Below, piece after piece: positions 16,242 through 26,114 of a DNA stretch of 64,000 nucleotides (its first letter is position 1; each line of letters starts with the position of its first letter). The position numbers and the translations under genes are program-made. Location of the stretch: positions 11,252 through 75,251 of the forward strand of contig CAZELI010000002.1 of the NCBI GenBank assembly GCA_964512985.1, given 5' to 3'. The notes beneath the pieces are model-generated. The model was not told where the DNA came from. It saw nothing but the letters and a program-made list of their open reading frames with translations, and did no database searches. This DNA is from an uncultured Gammaproteobacteria bacterium (GTDB lineage: Bacteria > Cyanobacteriota > Vampirovibrionia > LMEP-6097).

Positions 16242-19115
16242 TTACCTAACCCCTTTGGTTTCTACTTTAGCTCCTACAAGTTTAGCTTTCTCACTTACTA
16301 TCTGAGCATGGTAGAGCAGTGATACAGTGTTCTTTCTGATTTCCACTAGTAAATTATCAAACATATCAAAACTTTCACGCTTATATTCTATAAGCGGGTC
16401 TTTTTGTCCGTAACCTTGTAAGTGAATACCTTCCTTAAGTGAGTCCATAGAATGAATATGGCTGATCCACTTAGAATCTATAACATGAAGCATGATTTGT
16501 CTTTCTGCTTCGCGTAGTATCTCAGCTCCTAACGTTGCTTCCTTGTTAGTATAAATTCGTTGCGCTGAAGTTTTCACTTGGTGCATTAATGCTTCAAAAT
16601 TAGCATCGTCAGCTGTTTCGCCGATATCAATACCAGTCATTATATCTTCGGTAAAATCAGCCTTGAGTGATTCAAACAGCTTGGTAATAGCGCTTGGACC
16701 TTGGCTATCATCGTACCAAAGTTCCTTGGGGGTATTAGGAGTGATCTGAGCTAAAACCAAAGTCTCTATATGCTCATCTATCATGTCAAGTATATGAGCA
16801 TGTATATCCTGCCCCTCAAGGATTTCTCTCCGCTCTCTATAAATTACTTCTCTTTGGGTATTAATGACATCGTCGTATTGTAAGACATGCTTACGTATAT
16901 CAAAGTTATGAGCTTCAACTTTCTTCTGAGAGTTATTGATAGCACCAGTGATGATACTTGCTTCTATTGGTAGATCTTCATCAGCCTTAAGCATATTCAT
17001 TACCGATACTACTTTCTCACCACCAAAGATTCTCATCAAGCTATCTTCAAGCGATAGATAAAACTTAGACGCTCCAGGATCACCTTGACGACCGCATCTA
17101 CCTCTAAGCTGATTGTCTATTCTTCTACTTTCGTGCCTCTCACTACCTATTACATAGAGACCACCTTCTTCGATAATTTTCTTTTGCGCTTCAAGATTAA
17201 CAGTGTTGTAATCGGGACTCTCTGGGTCACTAGAAAGATGTCCGCCGAGTATGATGTCGGTACCACGACCTGCCATGTTCGTAGCGATAGTGACAGCACC
17301 AAGCTTTCCTGCTTCTCTAATAATCTGCGCTTCTTTCTTGTGATGCTTAGCGTTAAGGACGTTAGCATTGATACCCTTGCGAATAGCTGCTAAGACCATT
17401 ACCACTTTCTCGAAGCTCTCTATGGCGAACTTCAAGTCTTCACTTGGCTTAGCAATGCTTACTGAAATGAAGTCTATGATTGGTTTAATGTTCTCAGGGC
17501 TTAGGTTGCCAGGTTTATCCAGAACTTTAAGAGCAGCAGCATCTAACTCTATCTTATTAGATTTGAGTTGACGTTGGAGCCGATCTATTCTAAATTGCAG
17601 AACATTTAATGCAGTATTAGGTTTAGTAAGAATATTAGCTAAATATTCTGATTTCTCGATACTAGTAGTACCTACTAAGGTAGGGGTTCCCTGATTATGA
17701 GCCTCTACTATATCTTCCGCTATCGCAAAAAACTTAGCTGCTTCTGTTTTATAAACTACATCATTGAGATCTATTCTGATACAAGGTTTATTAGTTGGAA
17801 TAGTAAGAACTCCAAGGTTATAAATTTTCTCAAACTCTTCAGCTTCAGTAGTTGCTGTACCAGTCATACCGCCAAGTTTAGGATATAGCCTAAATAAGTT
17901 TTGGAAAGTGATACTTGCCATAGTAAGGGTTTCGTCTTGAATTGGCACGCCTTCTTTCGCTTCTACAGCTTGATGTAAGCCATCTGACCATCGACGACCT
18001 TCCATTAAACGTCCAGTGAATTCATCAACTATGACGATTTCTTTTTTGCCATTTTTTTCGCTTTTCTTCACGATATAGTCAGTGTCTGCGATAAATAATT
18101 CTTTAGCACGCAAGGCTTGAATCAAATGATGGGCTAGGTTTAATTCTGGATCCCATAGATCAGTAACTTTTAATATAGATTCAGCTTGTTTAATACCAGC
18201 ATCTGTAAGAATCACATTGCGAGCCTTCTCATCGACATAGTAATGTGAGTCAGCTGAAGTATCTTTCTCTCCAGTGCCACGTTTCATTTGTTTCACGGTT
18301 TTGCTCATGGCTTGATAAACCTCACCCTTGCGAGCATCTGGCATACCACTAATGATTAATGGAGTACGAGCTTCATCTATAAGAATACTGTCTACCTCGT
18401 CTATGATTGCCATGTAGTATGGCTTTTGGACGCAATCATTGATCTCTGTTTCCATATTGTCACGGAGATAATCAAACCCAAACTCATTATTAGTACCGTA
18501 AGTGATGTCACTGGCATAAGCTTCCTGACGAGCTTTAGAGTTCTTGCCAGAAATAATTAAACCAACACTTAAACCAAGAAATTTATATAGTCTACCCATC
18601 CACTCAGAGTCCCGTTGAGCTAAGTAATCATTGACGGTAATTACATGTACACCTCGTGCTGCTAAGGCATTCAGGTAAGCAGGTAAAGTACAAACCAAAG
18701 TCTTACCCTCGCCAGTTTGCATCTCAGATATGCCACCACGATGTAACTGTATTCCACCAATTAACTGCACATCAAAATGACGCATTTTAAGTACACGTCT
18801 AGCAGCTTCTCTACAAACTGCAAACGCTTCTGGTAATATTTCTTCCAAGATTTCTTTTAGGGCTTTATCATGGCTGGTTCTAACTTGACCAGGCATTTTA
18901 GGGACATCATCCTTGATAAGTTTTTCGAATGGAGTTTCGCTGATTCTAACTTGAATTTTTGATTGAAATTCACGAGTTTTGGCTTTAAGTTCTTCGTCGT
19001 TTAGAGTTTGTATTTGTGGTTCTAAAGAATTGATCTGTTCAACAATGGGCTTTATCTTGTCTAGGATCTTTTTATTTGGGTCACCTGTGAAAATTTGTAG
19101 TACTTGGTCGAGCAT
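16242..19115 (-). CDS. secA: preprotein translocase ATPase SecA
   Basis: 957 aa with DEAD-like motor motifs (MQTGEGKTLV, IDEVDSILIDEARTPLIIS, TNMAGRGTDI). Confidence 0.95.
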   Translation of the reverse strand: MLDQVLQIFTGDPNKKILDKIKPIVEQINSLEPQIQTLNDEELKAKTREFQSKIQVRISETPFEKLIKDDVPKMPGQVRTSHDKALKEILEEILPEAFAVCREAARRVLKMRHFDVQLIGGIQLHRGGISEMQTGEGKTLVCTLPAYLNALAARGVHVITVNDYLAQRDSEWMGRLYKFLGLSVGLIISGKNSKARQEAYASDITYGTNNEFGFDYLRDNMETEINDCVQKPYYMAIIDEVDSILIDEARTPLIISGMPDARKGEVYQAMSKTVKQMKRGTGEKDTSADSHYYVDEKARNVILTDAGIKQAESILKVTDLWDPELNLAHHLIQALRAKELFIADTDYIVKKSEKNGKKEIVIVDEFTGRLMEGRRWSDGLHQAVEAKEGVPIQDETLTMASITFQNLFRLYPKLGGMTGTATTEAEEFEKIYNLGVLTIPTNKPCIRIDLNDVVYKTEAAKFFAIAEDIVEAHNQGTPTLVGTTSIEKSEYLANILTKPNTALNVLQFRIDRLQRQLKSNKIELDAAALKVLDKPGNLSPENIKPIIDFISVSIAKPSEDLKFAIESFEKVVMVLAAIRKGINANVLNAKHHKKEAQIIREAGKLGAVTIATNMAGRGTDIILGGHLSSDPESPDYNTVNLEAQKKIIEEGGLYVIGSERHESRRIDNQLRGRCGRQGDPGASKFYLSLEDSLMRIFGGEKVVSVMNMLKADEDLPIEASIITGAINNSQKKVEAHNFDIRKHVLQYDDVINTQREVIYRERREILEGQDIHAHILDMIDEHIETLVLAQITPNTPKELWYDDSQGPSAITKLFESLKADFTEDIMTGIDIGETADDANFEALMHQVKTSAQRIYTNKEATLGAEILREAERQIMLHVIDSKWISHIHSMDSLKEGIHLQGYGQKDPLIEYKRESFDMFDNLLVEIRKNTVSLLYHAQIVSEKAKLVGAKVETKGVR

Positions 19116-19170
19116 AGGCTTTAAATTATAGCATTTTACCTGAATTTATAAGGAGAAGGGCTCTATCTAT

Positions 19171-19281
19171 CGTCATCCTGAGGAGCCTGCGAAGCAGGCG
19201 ACGTCAGGATCCACTCATACGAATAGTCTATTAATAAAAGTGGATCCTTACGGTCGGGCTTTGCCCTCCCTCAGGATGACG
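19171..19281. repeat. 111 bp nested palindromic element
   Basis: Outer arms are cgtcatcctgagg / cctcaggatgacg. An inner hairpin is gcctgc-gaa-gcaggc. A second inverted pair is aggatccact / agtggatcct. Confidence 0.6.
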
Positions 19282-19289
19282 GAGTGAGT

Positions 19290-20300
19290 TTATCTCCTAT
19301 CTGCTAACTCTCTAAGATATTTATAAGTAGTAATTTCCTCATCAGTAAGTTTCTTAGGAATATCTATAGAAATATGTACGTAATGGTCACCAAGTACTTC
19401 TCCGTGAGAGTTTTTAAGTCCCTTATCTCTGAGCCTTAGTATTCTGCCGTTGTTGGTATTTTGAGGGATCACTAATTCTACCACTTCTTCAAGCGTAGGA
19501 ATCTTTTTAGTACAGCCTAATACAGCTTCTTGTGGCTCTATAGTTATCTCACTATGAACATCATCTCCATCAATCCAAAACTTATCATGCTCTTTAAGCT
19601 TAACTATTAAATATAAATCACCATTAATACCACCGTTGGTTCCAGCTTTGCCTTCGCTTGCGACTTTGATCTTAGTACCAGTTCTTACACCAGCAGGAAT
19701 ACTTACTTCTAATCTTCTTACTTGTTTACCTGTATTTGTGATCTCTATTTTACGAATACAGCCATGATAAGCATCTTCGAGACTTAATTCAATCTCCATC
19801 TCAAAATCTTCACCACGTGAAGGTTTTTTCTTAGGAGCTTCTTGTTCAGGATTAACAACTTTTTCTTTTTGTTTACCAAAAAACATCTCAAAGAAATCAC
19901 TAAAACTTTCATCTTTTTTGTTATTAGTGTTGTAAGGGGCTTGAGCAGAGGCTTTGGCTGCGGTAGATTTTTCTCTGAGTTCTTGTTCTTTTTGTTTATA
20001 GAAATCAGCAAATGAGCTATAGTTAGAATACATTTTTTGCTGTTTGAAGTTTTGAGATTTATTACCAGAGAATGCATTAGTGGAATTGCTCATATTAGAG
20101 TATAAATAGTCGTAGCGACTTCTTTTTGTTTTATCCTGAAGTACCTCATGGGCTTCATTGATTTCTTTAAATTTTTCTTCTGATCCACCTTCAGTATCTG
20201 GGTGATATTTTTTAGCTAATTTTTTATATGCGTCTTTTATCTCTTTATCATCAGAGTCTTTTTTTACACCGAGTACTTTGTAATAATCTTTGAAATCCAT
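19290..20300 (-). CDS. DnaJ-family co-chaperone without a zinc finger (CbpA-like)
   Basis: J domain (DYYKVLGV...KKYHPD), a low-complexity linker and C-terminal DnaJ substrate-binding domains. No CxxCxGxG repeats. Confidence 0.8.
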   Translation of the reverse strand: MDFKDYYKVLGVKKDSDDKEIKDAYKKLAKKYHPDTEGGSEEKFKEINEAHEVLQDKTKRSRYDYLYSNMSNSTNAFSGNKSQNFKQQKMYSNYSSFADFYKQKEQELREKSTAAKASAQAPYNTNNKKDESFSDFFEMFFGKQKEKVVNPEQEAPKKKPSRGEDFEMEIELSLEDAYHGCIRKIEITNTGKQVRRLEVSIPAGVRTGTKIKVASEGKAGTNGGINGDLYLIVKLKEHDKFWIDGDDVHSEITIEPQEAVLGCTKKIPTLEEVVELVIPQNTNNGRILRLRDKGLKNSHGEVLGDHYVHISIDIPKKLTDEEITTYKYLRELADRR

Positions 20301-20316
20301 AAAGCAGTACTAAAGA

Positions 20317-21033
20317 CTATTTCGCTGTGGAATAGACTCTGCTTAATATTATGCCCGTTGCTACTGAAACATTCAGACTTTCAAAAGCTATAGGAATGTG
20401 AATTTGAAAATCGCAGTGCTTGAGAATATTATCACTAAGTCCTTTTCCTTCATTTCCTACTAGAACTACTGATTTTTTATCAAAATCTAACTTGTATAAA
20501 TCTTGTGAATTATCTTGAGATACGTTTGAGCCATAAATCCAAAACCCATTCTTCTTAAGTTTTTCAATGCAGTTAACAATATTAGTAACTCTTACTATTG
20601 GTAATTTAAGAGCGGCACCAGCACTAGTACTAATTACAGTATTGTTTACTGGAGAGCCTTTATGCTTAGTGATTACTATCGCATCAACATTAAAAGCGTA
20701 AGCTGTTCTAATAATGGCTCCCAGATTATGTGGGTCTTCAATGTTTACTGGTATCAGGATTTTTTGTATTTGTTCTTGTTCTAAGAAGCTTTCTTCGTGA
20801 ATTGTAATGGGAGCTATCTCTGCAATTACTGATCTATGTTCTGCCCCATTTGCGATACGATCTAGATCTTTCTTCTCTAGTTTAATGATAGGGATTTTTT
20901 TTGCACGAGCTTTCTCTTCGATCTCTTGTAAACGTGGATTAGGATGATTGCTTATCCATATTTTATTGATAGATAAATTAGAATCTAAGCACTCGATGAC
21001 AGCATTTTTACCAAATATTTTTTCTTCATTCAC
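20317..21033 (-). CDS. rlmB: SpoU/TrmH-family RNA 2'-O-methyltransferase (RlmB-like)
   Basis: N-terminal substrate-binding domain plus SpoU motifs (HNLGAIIRTA, LVGNEGKGLS, LNVSVATGI). Confidence 0.75.
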   Translation of the reverse strand: MNEEKIFGKNAVIECLDSNLSINKIWISNHPNPRLQEIEEKARAKKIPIIKLEKKDLDRIANGAEHRSVIAEIAPITIHEESFLEQEQIQKILIPVNIEDPHNLGAIIRTAYAFNVDAIVITKHKGSPVNNTVISTSAGAALKLPIVRVTNIVNCIEKLKKNGFWIYGSNVSQDNSQDLYKLDFDKKSVVLVGNEGKGLSDNILKHCDFQIHIPIAFESLNVSVATGIILSRVYSTAK

Positions 21034-21041
21034 TTTTCTTA

Positions 21042-23273
21042 TTAAGGTGCAGATGCAGGTTCTGCTTCATTCTCTGCTGGAGCTGTATTAGTATCAGTTT
21101 CGCTAGCACTAGTATCAATTTTAAAATGTTTAGGTTTTGGTGCTATGCGAGGTTTAGCTTGGTAGTTTGTGTTTTGGTTTGCGCTTTGTTTTTCAGTTTC
21201 TTCACGGATACTTCTAAGTTGTTTATCTTCTTTGGATAATTTCTTACGAAGAGTCGAGAACCCACTATCATGTTCTTGTGTTTGACTTGCATCAGTGTCT
21301 GGCATAGGTGATACTTCGGTAGGTTCGGTACCTGGTACGAATCTTTTAAATACTGGGTTTGGGGTAGATTCATTAGCTAGCAATCCTGTAAGTGGATCAA
21401 TAGCTACTAGATTATAGTTACTAGAAAAAGTGAAAGCTCGAGAAGGTTTAGGTTTAGCCTCATAAAGCTGAGTCATATATTCTTTCCAGATCCAAGCTGG
21501 TGTACTTCCACCTGTGGCGTATCTAGAATACACTTCATTGTTTCTCTCGTTACCACACCAGACTGTGGTTACATAGTCTGTGGTAAATCCCGTAAACCAA
21601 ATATCTCTACTACCATCAGCGGTGCCCGTCTTGCCTGCTATAACTCTGCCTGGAATTTGTGCCATAGCTCCTGTTCCGAACTTAACTACATCCTCCATAA
21701 TGTTTACTAATTGGGCTACATACATCTCAGGCAGACTGTTCTTGGCAACAGGCTTATTTAGCTCCAAAACTCGTCCTTGACTGTCTGTTATTTTACGAAT
21801 AAGTATCGGATCTATTTCAACACCACCTCTAGCAAACGTTGCATATGCAGTAGCCAGTTCTAATGGGGTTACTGCTTGAGCGCCAAGAGCAAGAGATAAA
21901 TGTGGTTCAAGTTTGGTCTTGATACCAGCCTTATGAGCTGTATCTATAATGTTGTTCATGCCAGCCTTCATTGCAACTTTAATTGCTGGAATATTTCTTG
22001 AGAATATTAATGCTGCTCTTGCAGTAATAGGTCCGTGGAATTCGTTATCAAAGTTACTTGGTTGCCAGTAACCAGATGCTTGCGAGACGTCAGGTATTCT
22101 CAGTGGCTCATCTTCAATAATAGTGCTTGGATCTATTACCCCATTCATGAATGCTGTTAAATACACAAACGGCTTGATTGCACTACCAATAGTATGAGGA
22201 TTAGTTGCTCTATTGTATTGGTATTGCCAGTAATTACCTACTCCCCCTACTAGAACTCTGATTTCAGCAGTAGGTACATCTAGAGTTACAATCGCTCCTT
22301 GGTTAATCCCTGCGGCTGCATTTGCAATTCCAGTCTCTAAGGCTCTTTGAGCCAATTCTTGTGCTACTGGATCTAATCCTGTATAAACTTTTAGTCCTTT
22401 AGATTTAAGATCGTTACGATTAAAGCGCTTAGTTAATTCTTGTTCGACGTAACTGAAGTAGTAGGGAAATACAGACATATTTCCTTGAGAGCGTTTGAAG
22501 TTGATCTTAGCTGCTTTAGCTTTATCATAATCTGCTTTGTTTATATAGCCATGTTCATACATCTTATCTAAGACATAATGTTGCCTATTCATTGCGGCTT
22601 CTAAATTCTTGGATAAATAGCTTGGTGCCGTAAGTAATCCTGCAAGATATGCTGATTCTTCTATATTGAGCCGGGAAGCTGGTTTGGAGAAGTAACGTTG
22701 AGCTGCTCTTTCAATACCGTAGGCAAGATTACCGAAATATACTTGGTTTAAATAAAGTTCTAGAATTTTTTCTTTAGAGTATTTAGCTTCTACTTCAAAT
22801 GCGATTAATAATTCAAGAATTTTACGACTTAAAGTTCTCTTATATCTTTCATCTTCCTTGATGAAAAGGTTCTTTACCATTTGCTGAGATATGGTACTTC
22901 CACCCTGCACTACTCTTCCTGCTTTAATGTTAGTCGCTAATGCACGTAACACTGATGTGAGGCTGAATCCAGAGTGATGAAAGAAGTCACTATCTTCTGC
23001 TGCTAAAACTGCTTGTTTGGTATAGTCTGAAATCTGTGCAAGTTTAATTACTTGTCTATCTTCTTTACCTTGCAGCACTCCAACAAAGCTATCTTTATAG
23101 TCATAAATTTCAATACTGCCAATGGGTTGATAATCCTCCAGACTTGAAAGATCTGGAGCTCCCATGATTGCTCCTAGTACTGGTACTACTACCCTTAAAC
23201 TTAAAGGTATGCCAATAAAAATCACAAAAATAGCAATAATGATTTTTATGGCAAGATCTCGATTTAATGACAT
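21042..23273 (-). CDS. mrcA: class A penicillin-binding protein (glycosyltransferase/transpeptidase)
   Basis: GT51 motifs (EDSDFFHHSGF, GGSTISQQ), transpeptidase motifs SAIKPF and KTGT, and a low-complexity C-terminal tail. Confidence 0.9.
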   Translation of the reverse strand: MSLNRDLAIKIIIAIFVIFIGIPLSLRVVVPVLGAIMGAPDLSSLEDYQPIGSIEIYDYKDSFVGVLQGKEDRQVIKLAQISDYTKQAVLAAEDSDFFHHSGFSLTSVLRALATNIKAGRVVQGGSTISQQMVKNLFIKEDERYKRTLSRKILELLIAFEVEAKYSKEKILELYLNQVYFGNLAYGIERAAQRYFSKPASRLNIEESAYLAGLLTAPSYLSKNLEAAMNRQHYVLDKMYEHGYINKADYDKAKAAKINFKRSQGNMSVFPYYFSYVEQELTKRFNRNDLKSKGLKVYTGLDPVAQELAQRALETGIANAAAGINQGAIVTLDVPTAEIRVLVGGVGNYWQYQYNRATNPHTIGSAIKPFVYLTAFMNGVIDPSTIIEDEPLRIPDVSQASGYWQPSNFDNEFHGPITARAALIFSRNIPAIKVAMKAGMNNIIDTAHKAGIKTKLEPHLSLALGAQAVTPLELATAYATFARGGVEIDPILIRKITDSQGRVLELNKPVAKNSLPEMYVAQLVNIMEDVVKFGTGAMAQIPGRVIAGKTGTADGSRDIWFTGFTTDYVTTVWCGNERNNEVYSRYATGGSTPAWIWKEYMTQLYEAKPKPSRAFTFSSNYNLVAIDPLTGLLANESTPNPVFKRFVPGTEPTEVSPMPDTDASQTQEHDSGFSTLRKKLSKEDKQLRSIREETEKQSANQNTNYQAKPRIAPKPKHFKIDTSASETDTNTAPAENEAEPASAP

Positions 23274-24058
23274 AAACAGGAATATTCTAACTCAAGAAAG
23301 CGACCCTCAGTTAAATTATCTAAAATAATAATATTCTGGATAATATTGTTCAACTCCTGATACTTTTTCAATGCTAGATTACTAATCCTTATTCTATAGA
23401 TGTCTATGACTTCATTGCCTAAGGCCTTGACCATTTCCCTTATTTGTCTTTTATAACCTTGTTTCAATATAGTAGTAAATTGCTTAGCTTGAATTTTTTT
23501 TATATTGCATGGCATAGTTGTGACAACTTCCATACCATCTTCTAGTGTGATTTTTACTCCACTTGCAAACTTATCCAAAAATATATTATCCAGGTTGTCT
23601 CTGCAAGTTACTAGATATTCTTTCTCGTGTTGATGTTTAGGATGAGTTAATTTCTGCGTCAAGTCTCCATCGTTAGTAAGTAGTATTAATCCTCTAGAGT
23701 CTTTATCTAATCTACCGATAGGATAAATCTTATGAGATATGATTTTTTCAATTAAACCCTTACTAAGAGATTGATCTGGATTGGCTAATAAGTAATCAAT
23801 AATATTATCGGGATCTTCTTCGCTGCAAGTACAGACCACTCCAGGAGGTTTATTGAAAGCAATATATATTTTCTCGATATTGGTTTGTTCTTGAAAACTT
23901 AACTCTTGGTCACGATATTTAATATGATCCCCAGCTTGCAGCAATTGTCCAAGCTTAGCACTAACACCATTAACTAAAACCTCACCATCAGTGATGGCTT
24001 GATCGATCTCTCTTCGAGAGCCGAGTCCTTGGTTTGCTAAGTATTTGTTGATGCGCAT
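23264..24058 (-). CDS. S4-domain pseudouridine synthase (RsuA/RluF family)
   Basis: S4 domain (MRINKYLANQGLGSRREID) and the catalytic GRLDKDSRGLILLTNDG motif. I prefer the internal ATG at 24058 over the track start at 24097. Confidence 0.8.
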   Translation of the reverse strand: MRINKYLANQGLGSRREIDQAITDGEVLVNGVSAKLGQLLQAGDHIKYRDQELSFQEQTNIEKIYIAFNKPPGVVCTCSEEDPDNIIDYLLANPDQSLSKGLIEKIISHKIYPIGRLDKDSRGLILLTNDGDLTQKLTHPKHQHEKEYLVTCRDNLDNIFLDKFASGVKITLEDGMEVVTTMPCNIKKIQAKQFTTILKQGYKRQIREMVKALGNEVIDIYRIRISNLALKKYQELNNIIQNIIILDNLTEGRFLELEYSCLCH

Positions 24059-24078
24059 TGTAGTTTGTTCAGAATGTT

Positions 24079-24507
24079 CTAATGACAAAAGCTCCAATGA
24101 TTATTTATTCCATCATAAATCAGTATGCCTAATGCAAGAAAGTCTCTACCAATTAAAGCATCATATGGTTGCTCTTCCAAATGAACTCCACATACTTGTA
24201 GATTGAAGGGAACATCACCCGTTGCTTGAAAGAAGATGGTGACATCATATAAAAATTGTTCTGATCTACCGCTTGGCGTGAAAATGGTTTTTTTATCATG
24301 AGGGACTAATCCTAGTTCCTCAGCAATTGTTACGTCAACGCAAGTATTTGTGCATCCTGTGTCTATCAATCCATGTACTTGTTTGTGAGGAATTTGCTTA
24401 TTTTCTTTTTGAAAAATCTGAATAATAGGAATTGGCGGCATGACAGTCACGTTCATGTATGGACCATCTATTTGTAAATTATTAGAATTTTGACTCGTTA
24501 TAGACAC
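24079..24507 (-). CDS. retropepsin-like (clan AA) aspartic protease
   Basis: 142 aa with the LIDTGCT (D-T-G) catalytic motif and an ALIGRDFL flap-like motif. Confidence 0.65.
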   Translation of the reverse strand: MSITSQNSNNLQIDGPYMNVTVMPPIPIIQIFQKENKQIPHKQVHGLIDTGCTNTCVDVTIAEELGLVPHDKKTIFTPSGRSEQFLYDVTIFFQATGDVPFNLQVCGVHLEEQPYDALIGRDFLALGILIYDGINNHWSFCH

Positions 24508-24539
24508 AGTTTCGCGATGCTCATGATAGCACGCCCATT

Positions 24540-24785
24540 CTATGTGCCGACTTGTCCGAATACAAGTGGCTTACTAAAATTCAATACAGTATTTTGTTCA
24601 TTGATATCTCTTACGAGAAATGGTTGATTCCCATACTTCTCAATACCTTGTTTAAGAGCATCCTGCCTATTAAGCCATACTCCCAAAATTTCTTTATCCT
24701 TAATTACCACAAACCCACCCTGAGGATTTACCTGTTTTAATGAAGGTAAATTTTCTTTTAAAGTTTTAAGTTCCTGTTCAAACAT
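24540..24785 (-). CDS. small hypothetical protein upstream of the aspartic protease
   Basis: 81 aa ORF on the same strand, 32 nt upstream of the protease gene. Confidence 0.4.
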   Translation of the reverse strand: MFEQELKTLKENLPSLKQVNPQGGFVVIKDKEILGVWLNRQDALKQGIEKYGNQPFLVRDINEQNTVLNFSKPLVFGQVGT

Positions 24786-24863
24786 ACAAGCTGTACCTAT
24801 TATACCCTGATTTGGATTGTGTTTGGGTTAAAATTTAGCTTCTATTTGGCTTATACTTAAAAC

Positions 24864-25986
24864 ATGTCCGATCTTTCTGAACAAACCTATGATTTAAATG
24901 AACTTAAGCTTCGTTACTCTTCACTAAAGGAGTATCTTTGACCAAGAAGAGGTCAAAAAAGAGATAGCAGATTTAGAAGCTGAGATGTCTGCGCCGGGGT
25001 TTTGGGATGATACCAATGCTGCACAAGCCAAATCACAAACTCTTGCACAAAAGAAAAATCAATTAGGACAATTTCAAAGTTGGAACAAGCGTCTACAAGA
25101 TATCTTGGATATGGAAGAGTTTCAATCCTCTTCTTCTGATAATGAAGAGAAGCTGCAATATCAAGCAATGATTTTAGATGAGTATTTGTCTTTAAGTAAA
25201 GAATTTAAGGTTTTTGAATTTCAAAAAATGATGTCAGGTGACTATGATAAGTCTGATGCCATAGTTTCTATTAACGCAGGTGCCGGTGGTACGGACGCGC
25301 AGGACTGGGCGGAAATGCTGCTTCGGATGTATACTCGTTGGGCAGAGAATTACCGAAGTTATACTGTTGAATTGTTAGAACGTTCTGATGGAGAGGAAGC
25401 TGGGATTAAATCAGCTACTATAAAGGTGACTGGTCCTTATGCTTATGGATATTTAAGTGCAGAGAAAGGTGTGCATCGTTTAGTACGTAAATCTCCGTTT
25501 AAATCTTCTGCTGACTCTAGGCAAACGAGCTTTGCTGGTTTAGAAGTTACGCCAGTAGTAGCTGATATGTCTAAGATCATTGAGCTTGAGGAAAAAGATC
25601 TTGAGATAGATACAATGCGTTCTGGTGGTGCTGGTGGACAAAACGTTAATAAAGTAGAAACGGCAGTGCGTGTTAAACATATACCAAGCGGCATAGTGGT
25701 GAAATGTACTCAGCAGCGTAGTCAGATGCAGAATAAAGCTAGTGCTTTAGACCTTATTCGTTCCAAGCTACTTGCAATTAAAGAAGCTGAGCAAAAAGCC
25801 AAAATTATTGAGCTTAAAGGGGAATCGGTATCTGCTTCTTGGGGAAACGCTATAAGATCCTATGTTCTAGATGAAGGTAGGGTGAAAGATGTTCGTACTA
25901 AATATGAGACTCGTGATGTGGAATCTGTTCTAAATGGCGATATTGATGCTTTTATAGAGGCATATTTAAGACAAGAAGCGAAGTAA
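24864..25986 (+). CDS. prfB: peptide chain release factor 2, requires programmed +1 frameshift at 24936-24942
   Basis: ATG at 24864 opens a 25-codon frame ending ...AAG GAG TAT CTT TGA C. The +1 frame continues [24 protein letters not shown] into the long ORF, which carries [17 protein letters not shown] (GGQ). An SD-like AGGAG lies upstream of CTT TGA C. Confidence 0.9.
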
Positions 25987-26021
25987 AGTGTCCAAGTGGC
26001 TTAGTGACAGGGTGGCTGAGT
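25987..26021. repeat. single arm of the octamer-repeat element, just after the prfB stop
   Basis: agtgtccaagtggcttagtgacagggtggctgagt shows an 8 nt periodic AGTGnCnn pattern like the arms at 39299, 45732 and 53079. Confidence 0.45.
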
Positions 26022-26114
26022 AATAAAATGAGTAACTATTTAGATACTTAACTGAACCTTAACTTACTTATGTTTATCTATGTCTAAGCATGGTAAGGCC
26101 TTCTCAGCTTCATC

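Noticed and set aside
17085-17888. Several 60-100 aa ORFs on both strands inside secA
   Set aside because: They are all nested in the secA coding region, which has full-length conserved motifs. These are alternative-frame artefacts.
19784-20077. 97 aa minus-strand ORF within the dnaJ-like gene
   Set aside because: It is an alternative frame through the low-complexity linker of the co-chaperone. The K/L-rich translation has no independent support.
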